Below are positions 9,589 through 17,861 of a DNA stretch of 64,000 nt, one piece after another (the stretch's first letter is position 1; each line of letters begins with the position of its first letter). The translations under genes were made by a program, and so were the position numbers. The notes under the pieces were generated by a model. That model searched no databases. It had not been told where the DNA came from and saw nothing but the letters and a program-made list of their open reading frames with translations. This stretch comes from a virus, in the IMG/VR virus record IMGVR_UViG_3300006793_000018, positions 26,301 through 90,300 of that record; one strand, written 5' to 3'.

Positions 9589-11745
9589 ATGGTGAACACG
9601 ATATTCAAGGGCGACATTGCAGAAGTGTCATGGGGCAAAGAGACTGGATTGATTGCAACAGGAGATACAACGACTGATGGATGGGCGTCCTCCGCCCCAG
9701 TTGGAAACACCAGTTTGATCACAATTGGATCAGATGCACCTTGGGTGGCAACGGGTCCAGTCCTCCTAATTCCAGAGAATGCTTTGGTCGGCTGTGTTAT
9801 GACAATCAGCGCGGGCGGGAATTTTGCTTCCGATGATTTTGCAACCACCCGTCGAACCTACTACATCATTGCAAGTGATCAATCGGCAGGTACAATCACG
9901 GTTCAACCTGCATTGGTAAGTGGCACAGCAATCGCAGCAGCAAATGATGTGATGAAAATTCATTCCATCCGCTGCCCAACATTTGACTCTGCAACTCAAG
10001 TTCGCACGGATCAATTCTTTGGACTCCTTGATTCTTTCAGCCTCCCTGAGCCTGAGATTGATGTTCGACAGCAACACATCATCGGCATGGGTCGAGATGT
10101 GAACGTCCTTACAAGCGGCAAAGAAACCCTCGCTGGAGGAAGCATGTCGCTTAACGCTCACACCCTCCGCTGGTTGAAATACGCACTTGGGGGCGTTAGT
10201 TCTCGATCAAACAATGGAGAGTTATCTCACGCCACAGTCGCAAATACAATCCTAACCGCTCGACCTCTTCATCTCAAAGATGCAGTTGCAACCCTTTTAC
10301 AGTGTACCGCTCAAGTGGTTGGAGCAACAGGAGTTGACACAATTACGGCAATTGCAGGTACGGCCATGACTGGTTTGGGTGTTGATAAGGCTGGCAAGAA
10401 TTTGTTGATCGGTTTGACTTCATCAACTCATGCCACTCCAACAAGCATCACACTTGGAGCCGCTTATACGACGGTTCACGATCAAGTCTCTGCTGATGGC
10501 GGCATATTCAAGCACGTCAGCACAGGAGGTGCTTTGACATACGGATCATACACTGAACTTGTAGGAGCGAATGTTAATGGTTGCTTGGACATTGATACAG
10601 GTGCGGTCAATAACGCCCGAACCGATGGTACGCTCGCCCTGCTTCCAGCGATCACGGCAAGCATCGCAATCGATGACATTCGAGTAAAGGTCGGAACGAC
10701 CACGGCGGCAAAATTCACGGCTGGCGAATATATCGGAATCATTGACAAAAATAGCCATTCCATACCTGGTGCTGATGCAACTTTGCCTACGGTATTCAAG
10801 CATGAAATCCGAAGAGTCATCGCAGCGGTTGGTGATTATGTCTATGTTGAGGAACCATTCCTTTTCGCACACACTCTTGACGAATGTGGAGTCGAGAGGC
10901 TTTCATATCTCGATGACGATAAGCGAGGAAGCCCTCACATTGATTCAACCACCAAGGAATTGAAGAATGGCGTATCTCACACCATGTTTGGTGGCACTCG
11001 TTTGCCAACTTTCATGATTGAGCAATCATTCCGATCAACGGATGAAAGCCCAGGAACAAATCAGTTGCTCCGACTGTATAACGGTTGCAAAATTGAATCA
11101 GCAACTGTCAATGCAAACAGCGAGGGTGAATTGAAAATGGATCTATCCTACGAAGCAACTCGGCACTACACCGATACTGGCGGAGATATGGTTCCACATC
11201 GTATGTTTGAAACAACTGCAAACACAGCAGCAAATCGTAAAGTGAGTGGAATCGCTGTCAATGGTGAAAAGCCGTATCTGTTCCAAGACATTTCAATTGA
11301 GGTCTTTGGCGCACCAGTTCTCCGTGGCACTCAATTTGAGTTCCAGATCACAAACGGAAATGAAGCAAGGCATTACATCCGTGGGTATGAAGGGAGCGCA
11401 TCGGATTCCGATCATGTCCAATTGGGAAGCACCTCAACAGCATTTGAGATCACAGAATCAAAGAGAGCATACGCCTTCCGGTTCTCAGCCATCGTTGAAG
11501 ACGACCGACTCTGGGAGCAAGTTCGCACTCGAAAGCACCATCTCAACTCAAATGACATTGTTCTTCGCTTGAAGAAACGAGGATCACACGCTACGAGGGA
11601 ATCGGCAACCATCACCCTCGAAGACTACACCATCGTGAAAGCAGATCACCAAGTACCTGATGACAAAGGAGCCGTCATTGTTGAAGTTGATTTGCTTGTG
11701 CGCCATCTTAAAGTGGAAGAGAACTCACCTTATTTGGCACTTTGA
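9589..11745 (+). CDS. Major tail tube protein with inserted decoration domains
   Basis: Tube-like motifs (EVSWGKET, LKYALG, LPTFMIE, YNGCKIESATV, FEFQITN, ITESKR); position before chaperones and tape measure. Confidence 0.7.
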   Translation: MVNTIFKGDIAEVSWGKETGLIATGDTTTDGWASSAPVGNTSLITIGSDAPWVATGPVLLIPENALVGCVMTISAGGNFASDDFATTRRTYYIIASDQSAGTITVQPALVSGTAIAAANDVMKIHSIRCPTFDSATQVRTDQFFGLLDSFSLPEPEIDVRQQHIIGMGRDVNVLTSGKETLAGGSMSLNAHTLRWLKYALGGVSSRSNNGELSHATVANTILTARPLHLKDAVATLLQCTAQVVGATGVDTITAIAGTAMTGLGVDKAGKNLLIGLTSSTHATPTSITLGAAYTTVHDQVSADGGIFKHVSTGGALTYGSYTELVGANVNGCLDIDTGAVNNARTDGTLALLPAITASIAIDDIRVKVGTTTAAKFTAGEYIGIIDKNSHSIPGADATLPTVFKHEIRRVIAAVGDYVYVEEPFLFAHTLDECGVERLSYLDDDKRGSPHIDSTTKELKNGVSHTMFGGTRLPTFMIEQSFRSTDESPGTNQLLRLYNGCKIESATVNANSEGELKMDLSYEATRHYTDTGGDMVPHRMFETTANTAANRKVSGIAVNGEKPYLFQDISIEVFGAPVLRGTQFEFQITNGNEARHYIRGYEGSASDSDHVQLGSTSTAFEITESKRAYAFRFSAIVEDDRLWEQVRTRKHHLNSNDIVLRLKKRGSHATRESATITLEDYTIVKADHQVPDDKGAVIVEVDLLVRHLKVEENSPYLAL

Positions 11746-11746
11746 T

Positions 11747-11760
11747 AGTGAGCCTTTAAG
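11747..11760 (+). promoter_or_regulatory. Conserved viral promoter AGTGAGCCTTTAAG (copy 1)
   Basis: Identical 14-mer on - strand at 48973-48986; both lie 24 nt before an ATG. Confidence 0.7.
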
Positions 11761-11784
11761 ACAAATACAGGACAGGGATTTATC

Positions 11785-12153
11785 ATGCGAATTGTAGGAT
11801 TTGTGATGTTTAATGGGCAGAGAGTACCAGTTGACTGGTCAATTGTAGGAACTAAGATCGAACACGGAGTCGGCTTAAGTGCAGATAATGTTCAAATGTT
11901 CATCAATCTTCCAACTTATGTTGATGAATCAGGAGAAGGATTGGCTCAGGCTGTTGAAGAAGTTGTATCGACCACATCAGGAAAATATGGCGATATGCTT
12001 GTGAACGATCTTCGTGTGATGTTGAGTCAAAGAGATCTCCCCACATACGGCAACAAAACAGACTTAATTGCACGTTTGGTCAAAGACGATGCAACCCCAG
12101 TTGTTGAAGAAGTATCAACTACCGAAGAGGTGAGCGATGATGGCGAAGCGTGA
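11785..12153 (+). CDS. SAP-domain protein
   Basis: YGDMLVNDLRVMLSQRDLPTYGNKTDLIARL matches the SAP consensus. Confidence 0.75.
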   Translation: MRIVGFVMFNGQRVPVDWSIVGTKIEHGVGLSADNVQMFINLPTYVDESGEGLAQAVEEVVSTTSGKYGDMLVNDLRVMLSQRDLPTYGNKTDLIARLVKDDATPVVEEVSTTEEVSDDGEA

Positions 12154-12496
12154 TGCCTTCATCCTCAGCAATACTCCGACTGAACATCTCCTTGAAACTC
12201 CAATGGGGGAATTGGTCGTTTATGTCAAGCAACTTTCTTGGGTTGAACAGCAAGACGCTATGTCTCGCTTTGTTTCTTTCAAAACAGACTCCGAAGGAGT
12301 TGTTGCACCAGACATCGATTTGGGCGGATATTGGCGGTATGTTTTGACCAACTGTGTGGTCGAAACCGAACCCGCCCTTTCTAAGAAAGATCTTCTAAAC
12401 TTGCACCCCGATGTAGGAAATGCAATCCGAACCGTACTACCTGATCTCAATCAAATTATTGGTCAATTTGCAGGTGGCGTTAGCCCTTTGGAGTAG
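12137..12496 (+). CDS. Tail assembly chaperone (gpG-like)
   Basis: Between tail tube and tape measure; ends in the slippery heptamer C CCT TTG. Confidence 0.75.
   Translation: MMAKRDAFILSNTPTEHLLETPMGELVVYVKQLSWVEQQDAMSRFVSFKTDSEGVVAPDIDLGGYWRYVLTNCVVETEPALSKKDLLNLHPDVGNAIRTVLPDLNQIIGQFAGGVSPLE
12484..12490 (+). other. Programmed -1 ribosomal frameshift site CCCTTTG
   Basis: In-phase X XXY YYZ heptamer just before the TAG at 12494; the -1 frame is closed by TAG at 12481-12483 and open from 12484 to 12846. Confidence 0.8.
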
Positions 12497-12846
12497 GGTA
12501 CGAGGATTTGGTTGCTTTTCTTGATGAAGATCTGCCAGAAGAGGATCGGCCTCAACTCAATCTTTCCCAAGCAACCATTTTATCGTACCAAGCAATTACA
12601 TTCGCCCTTGGAACGCATTTCAACTGCCCCCCCCATTTTTGGGATGATCAGCCTCCAGATCGGGTTCTGCTCGATTACATGATTGTGCGAGCAGCCGCAG
12701 ATAAGAAGGCGGAGATGCTCGAACGGATGAAGAAACAGGCAGAAAGGCAAATGAAACACGGAAGAGGCAATAAGGGGCAACCACTACGCACAACAAGCGA
12801 TGCCGACTTCTTTGAGCGTCATAATCAAAAAATAAGTGGTGATTAA
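12484..12846 (+). CDS. Tail assembly chaperone frameshift extension (gpT-like)
   Basis: -1 frame reads PFGVGYEDLVAFLDED...LGTHFNCPPHFWDDQP; no ATG at its 5' end. Confidence 0.75.
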   Translation, partial: PFGVGYEDLVAFLDEDLPEEDRPQLNLSQATILSYQAITFALGTHFNCPPHFWDDQPPDRVLLDYMIVRAAADKKAEMLERMKKQAERQMKHGRGNKGQPLRTTSDADFFERHNQKISGD

Positions 12847-14269
12847 GATCGGACAACTTGACGAATATGTTTCATCTCTCGCTAAGATGAATGTTCTCAA
12901 CAAGAAAAACGCAAAATCAGCAAATCTTCTCAACATTCAATACAAACTGATGCAAAAGACATTTGGCCCATTTTTAGATCTGTTTATCGACACCAAAAAC
13001 ACATTTGAAACTGCCAAAGAAGTGCTTCCTAAATTCACCGACGAGGTGGAAAAGGTGGGAGAGGCTGTTGAGGTGGCAATGGGTCCAATTGGGTTGATGT
13101 TGAAGGCAATTCGTATGATGAACACTTCTATGATCATGATCTTAGGTATTTTTGCCGCCGTTGGTGCTGCGGTATATTTGCTTTCGTCTTACGTAGGAGA
13201 GGGCGCAGGGAATTTTGAAATTCTCAACAAAGTCGGTGAAGCATCTAAGGGATTATTCGCAGCGATCAAGGATACTTTTGACACACTAATGGGGGCGTTA
13301 GGAGGATTTGATTTTGAAGGCACAGCAACAGTTGTGTTGGCAGGTTTGCAGGGAATTTTTGATGGTTTAGGGATGATCCTGATCGTATTTATCACTCTTT
13401 ACACAGAGATTATATTGGGAATTGGCACAATCGTACAAAAGATGGAGGAAGCAGGTATGATCCAAAGAATAATCGATTCAATTGGGGTTTTGGTCGGCTC
13501 AGTTGCTGTTGCTTTTGGGTTCATCTTCTCGGCTCTTGATGAGACTGGATTTACCTTTGAAGACTTACTCGACGGTATTCGCTCGTCGTTTGACATGGTG
13601 ATCAAATTTCTTTTCAGTAGCGGCCTCATTGAATTTGTAGTGAGGGTGATCGAACTGATTTCGGCTGTTTGGTCAATTATTATCGTTGTTTTTGGCGCAC
13701 TTGTGTCGATATACATCAAAGTGTGGGCGAGACTCGGACCTCCGATGGTTAGGTTCGTCCTTGCTGTATTCGCATTCTTGGATCCAATTGTTCGGATTGT
13801 CACAGGGATTTTAGGGGTGATTATGGACAAAGTGATGCAATTGATTACTTGGTTATTGCCGTATTTCTCCGCAGGAATGGGTACGCTCATGGAAACACTT
13901 GAACCCATCATCGATAAGGTCGCATGGCTGATAGACGGAATTAGTTCCGTGGTCAGTAGCGTTGGTGGCAAGATAAGCGGTGCTGCTGACTACTTGGGAT
14001 TCAGCGATGGTGGAGTAGCAAGCGGTCCATCCAGTGGCTATCCGGTAGCATTACATGGAACAGAAGCAGTTGTTCCACTTCCTGACGGGCGAACGATCCC
14101 TGTTTCGATAAAAGGCGACATGGGCGGTGGAGGAAGCACAAATAACATCACCATTAACGTCAGCGGAGGAGGCAATGCAAAGGAGATTGCAAAGGCTGTT
14201 AGTGAGGAAGTTAGCAAGGTCATGCGAACCAAATCACGTGGCAATTCCTACACAAGGGGCGTGATTTGA
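12836..14269 (+). CDS. Tape measure protein
   Basis: Long amphipathic/hydrophobic helices; C-terminal FSDGGVASGPSSGYPVALHGTEAVVPL and NNITINV motifs typical of tape measure C-termini; follows chaperones. Confidence 0.85.
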   Translation: MVIKIGQLDEYVSSLAKMNVLNKKNAKSANLLNIQYKLMQKTFGPFLDLFIDTKNTFETAKEVLPKFTDEVEKVGEAVEVAMGPIGLMLKAIRMMNTSMIMILGIFAAVGAAVYLLSSYVGEGAGNFEILNKVGEASKGLFAAIKDTFDTLMGALGGFDFEGTATVVLAGLQGIFDGLGMILIVFITLYTEIILGIGTIVQKMEEAGMIQRIIDSIGVLVGSVAVAFGFIFSALDETGFTFEDLLDGIRSSFDMVIKFLFSSGLIEFVVRVIELISAVWSIIIVVFGALVSIYIKVWARLGPPMVRFVLAVFAFLDPIVRIVTGILGVIMDKVMQLITWLLPYFSAGMGTLMETLEPIIDKVAWLIDGISSVVSSVGGKISGAADYLGFSDGGVASGPSSGYPVALHGTEAVVPLPDGRTIPVSIKGDMGGGGSTNNITINVSGGGNAKEIAKAVSEEVSKVMRTKSRGNSYTRGVI

Positions 14270-15519
14270 TGCCAATGATCCAATTGATCCGTCGTGATGG
14301 AGGGGTTGTTGAACTGGAAGCGACTAATATCTCCTTATCAGTTCAAAGAAACATTATCGGTCCTCACCCGATCCCTCTGTTAGCCACACGTGCAGCCTTA
14401 GACCTGAACACTCCATCTCTCGCCATCACCGTTGAAGGAGTGATTAGTGATGACGAAAAACCAACCCCTGGTGTTGGAGCAAACATGAGCATAGATTTGT
14501 CACTGGCATTTGGCGCAGCAGGTGCAACTTCTTGGTGTGGATCATTGAATTTGCTTTGGAGCGCAATGATTGACGAGATGGAGGATGTCGTTATTTCTTT
14601 CCGCACAAAGGGTCAAGTTGATGCCGGTTTGGGTGAAAAAAATCAATTGTTTTTGAAGAACGGTAGCGCATCAAACGTCGTTGACACCACCAGCATCATT
14701 TACACGGACATATCCTCGACCACTAATACCAGCACCCTTTCAACTGCGATTCAAAATGCTTTGAATGGATCGAGCATCAAGGTCGATGGAATTACAACTG
14801 CATTTACGAACGTTTGTACCGTATCTTCTAAGGCAGGACAAGCAGCATCGATTTCGTTTGAAACTCAAAATGGATCATCAGGAGCATACGCAAATGAATT
14901 GATTGAGATTGGAAACGATGTAGTGGGTGAATCAGGAAACATACTCGTCGTGGTTGAGAAAAGTGCGTCAGCAAGTTCTCAGTCTTGGACAAATCAATTC
15001 TTCGTATCTAACATGCGTGGTGGAGTGGATCCTGTTAAATTGACAAGAGGAGATAAATTGCAAGATCTTCTCAACATGATTGTCAACCCAAGTGTGGGCG
15101 GGGGATTGATTAGCCCACAAGTTTTGGCAGGTTCAATGATTGATTTGCCAAATTCAATAGCGTCAGTTGATTCATCACAGTTCTTAAACATTGGAAATGC
15201 AAAAGCCGTGAGAAAATATATTGTGGGGATCAGAATCCCTTACGAATCCCTTGCATCTTCCGTTAGTGGGAATCGAGAGTTGAGGCAATTTTTGATACCT
15301 TCGGGACCTGGCACTGATATTTCTTCTAACTCGAATACTGAGATTTACGATCCGTTTGAAACAATCAACAACAAGACTGTTCGCCCAAGTCCTTTCACCA
15401 ATCAAGGGGTCGCAATCCCTGCCGTGGTTAGCACCTTTGATCCTGGTTATGAGGCCGGTGATTCTGTCTGGAACTACTCTCTCACCATGCTCCCAGTTGA
15501 ACAATTGATCGGGTTGTGA
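14266..15519 (+). CDS. Distal tail/baseplate hub-like protein with insertion
   Basis: Directly after the tape measure; N-terminal (ITVEGVISD) and C-terminal (FDPGYEAGDSVWNYSLTM) Dit-like segments. Confidence 0.55.
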   Translation: MMPMIQLIRRDGGVVELEATNISLSVQRNIIGPHPIPLLATRAALDLNTPSLAITVEGVISDDEKPTPGVGANMSIDLSLAFGAAGATSWCGSLNLLWSAMIDEMEDVVISFRTKGQVDAGLGEKNQLFLKNGSASNVVDTTSIIYTDISSTTNTSTLSTAIQNALNGSSIKVDGITTAFTNVCTVSSKAGQAASISFETQNGSSGAYANELIEIGNDVVGESGNILVVVEKSASASSQSWTNQFFVSNMRGGVDPVKLTRGDKLQDLLNMIVNPSVGGGLISPQVLAGSMIDLPNSIASVDSSQFLNIGNAKAVRKYIVGIRIPYESLASSVSGNRELRQFLIPSGPGTDISSNSNTEIYDPFETINNKTVRPSPFTNQGVAIPAVVSTFDPGYEAGDSVWNYSLTMLPVEQLIGL

Positions 15520-17861
15520 GATACATGGCAATGCACACTCTTCGTTCAAAGGCAATCCGATTTAACGGATTTACAGACGGTATTGTGGTTCCAACAGGCC
15601 AGTTCAAAGAAAGCGGAATCAACTTGCTTAGGCCCACATACAGCGGATCAATAAATACAACGAAGAGCCATGCGACCAAGATCGGAAGAATACATTTTCC
15701 GGCTGAGAGCAACCCTTTGAACGCCATATTAGGACCGTTCACCATTGAAGCGTTTATCGTTCCCAATTATGGCGGAACAGTTGTTTCAAAGCCAGGGTGT
15801 TTCTCTTTGAAAGTCGGAGATCCGTTCAAGAATGCGCCCATAGAATTCAGTGTTAATTGCATAGGGCGTGTATTTACAGTTGCTACTGCTTTTGACATCA
15901 ACGTTCTTCTCGAATCTCATTCTGGCACATACTCTGGAGGGCAGCACAAACCAAGCGATCTAACCGAAGGAGCGCAGCCTTTGATGATGGTTTCCGCACA
16001 GTTCACTGGGGATGAGATGAAGATTTTTGTCAATGGAAATTTGGTTGCTTCCCTGAATCTTATTGAAAATCGTATTTTGGACAATGTTTCATCCGATCTC
16101 TTCATTGGAGGGAGAGGAGGCGAATACAGAGGATTGATTGAGAGTGTTCGTATTTCAAGAGGCATCATAGAGCCTTCCGTACAACCTTTCTTTGTCCAAG
16201 ATCAAACAATTGGTTTTTGGGATTTTAATGATGAGATTCACATGCCGAATGTGCATTTCTTCAACAATCGAAATGAAACGGCTGGATCTCAAGGAAGGGA
16301 CTCTTCTGTCTTTACCTCGCTACTCGAAATTCCAATGGTCATGCTTGGGTATGATTTTCAAAATATCAATGATTATGGCTATTTCAAGGTGTACGAACAT
16401 CCCGATCATGCATCAGGTAAAAACGATGAATACTCAGCCCTTGAAAGATTGGCATCTTACATCACAGGGCTTGATTTACCAGATGTAAAAAAGCAAACAT
16501 GGTATGCATCCAGTCTTAATGTCAACTCATCCACTTATGGATCAACAACGGGTTCGTTGGATTATTTAGGGGCTGATCGCATTCGACAGTCTTCATTGAA
16601 TGCGGTGATTAACCAATCGGGAACTCATCCCTTGACCGGACTTTCACAAACTGCAAGCGCACGTTTAGTTAATCTCAGCACTGGAAGTACGGTTGGAACA
16701 GCCGTTGTTTCGGATCTGGATCCTATGGTAAATCCGATTGAAAGAATACGAATTATTTCCTTAGATTTTGCAAATAATCGTATTGTTTGCCAGTCGGTCC
16801 ATTTGGTAAATGATGACACTGCGTCAGCAACTATTGAGAACAATCCCAAAGGTCAAGGTTTGATATTTGACCACGCAGATGGCACTCCTATTTGGCTCAC
16901 TTTGGGGAATGGAGATTTAATCATTGACCCTGGGAACAAAGACACATCTGCCGCTGTCGCAAATATGACTACTCGTCAAAAAGACGCATTCACACGTGCC
17001 GAATTTACTCAAGGACAACGATTTGAAGATCGAAGCAGGAACAGAAACACCGCTTACTTTTCATCGACTCAAAGCCGAATCACAACAGGTACTGCCGCAT
17101 CGATTTCAATCAATCCTGAACCCGATCCTCCAAAGGACAATTTGCTTATGTGGATCAATGTAGGGGCATTAACTGGAGTATCGGACGGAGCAACGGTTTC
17201 TTATCTTCCTGATCAAAGTGGGAATGATTTTTCACTTTATACGATAGGAACATGGGTGTATGAGGAAAATAGTGCTTCATTCAACTCCAAACCTGCTTTG
17301 AAATGCACATCTTCCGATGGGGCTTTGATGAACATCGGAACAAACGATGGAGAATCAAAGCAAATTATTCATGCAGGTACATCGTTCACAGCCTTTTGGC
17401 TTGTTTCAGCGCGTTACAGTGGAGCATATAATACTGATCTCATTGGGCAAAACGGAGGCTTGCCTAAGACATTTTTTGGCTTCGCAGCGTCTGCCGGAGG
17501 CTCCTTTTTGACCAACAACGGGATTACAACTACAAATGCATCCTCAACAAGCCTAAGCGAACCAGGTTTGTTCTCTGCAACATTCGATGCTACAACTACA
17601 AATATGACAGTTCACTACCACTCTGCGAACGAAACAACCTTTGTTGCTAAGATCACCGGACCCGTCAATTTTGATAACTCTCTCTTCACCATTTTTGGCC
17701 GTGGAGCATCATTCGATCCAGCCGCTAAAACGGGAACAGCGACGAACAAAATACTTCAACACAGCGAATTGGCAGAATTCATTCTTTACGAAAAGTCCAT
17801 GAATGACGCCGAAAGGCAACAAGTGCAGGGGTATTTCCTCGACAAATATACGGTGATATGA
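15516..17861 (+). CDS. Tail protein with two LamG/concanavalin A-like domains
   Basis: FTIEAFI, MKIFVNG, LFIGG, YRGLIESVRIS, GFWDFND; C-terminal LLMWIN...DQSGN...LAEFILYEKSMNDAERQQVQGYFLDKY. Confidence 0.75.
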   Translation: MRYMAMHTLRSKAIRFNGFTDGIVVPTGQFKESGINLLRPTYSGSINTTKSHATKIGRIHFPAESNPLNAILGPFTIEAFIVPNYGGTVVSKPGCFSLKVGDPFKNAPIEFSVNCIGRVFTVATAFDINVLLESHSGTYSGGQHKPSDLTEGAQPLMMVSAQFTGDEMKIFVNGNLVASLNLIENRILDNVSSDLFIGGRGGEYRGLIESVRISRGIIEPSVQPFFVQDQTIGFWDFNDEIHMPNVHFFNNRNETAGSQGRDSSVFTSLLEIPMVMLGYDFQNINDYGYFKVYEHPDHASGKNDEYSALERLASYITGLDLPDVKKQTWYASSLNVNSSTYGSTTGSLDYLGADRIRQSSLNAVINQSGTHPLTGLSQTASARLVNLSTGSTVGTAVVSDLDPMVNPIERIRIISLDFANNRIVCQSVHLVNDDTASATIENNPKGQGLIFDHADGTPIWLTLGNGDLIIDPGNKDTSAAVANMTTRQKDAFTRAEFTQGQRFEDRSRNRNTAYFSSTQSRITTGTAASISINPEPDPPKDNLLMWINVGALTGVSDGATVSYLPDQSGNDFSLYTIGTWVYEENSASFNSKPALKCTSSDGALMNIGTNDGESKQIIHAGTSFTAFWLVSARYSGAYNTDLIGQNGGLPKTFFGFAASAGGSFLTNNGITTTNASSTSLSEPGLFSATFDATTTNMTVHYHSANETTFVAKITGPVNFDNSLFTIFGRGASFDPAAKTGTATNKILQHSELAEFILYEKSMNDAERQQVQGYFLDKYTVI

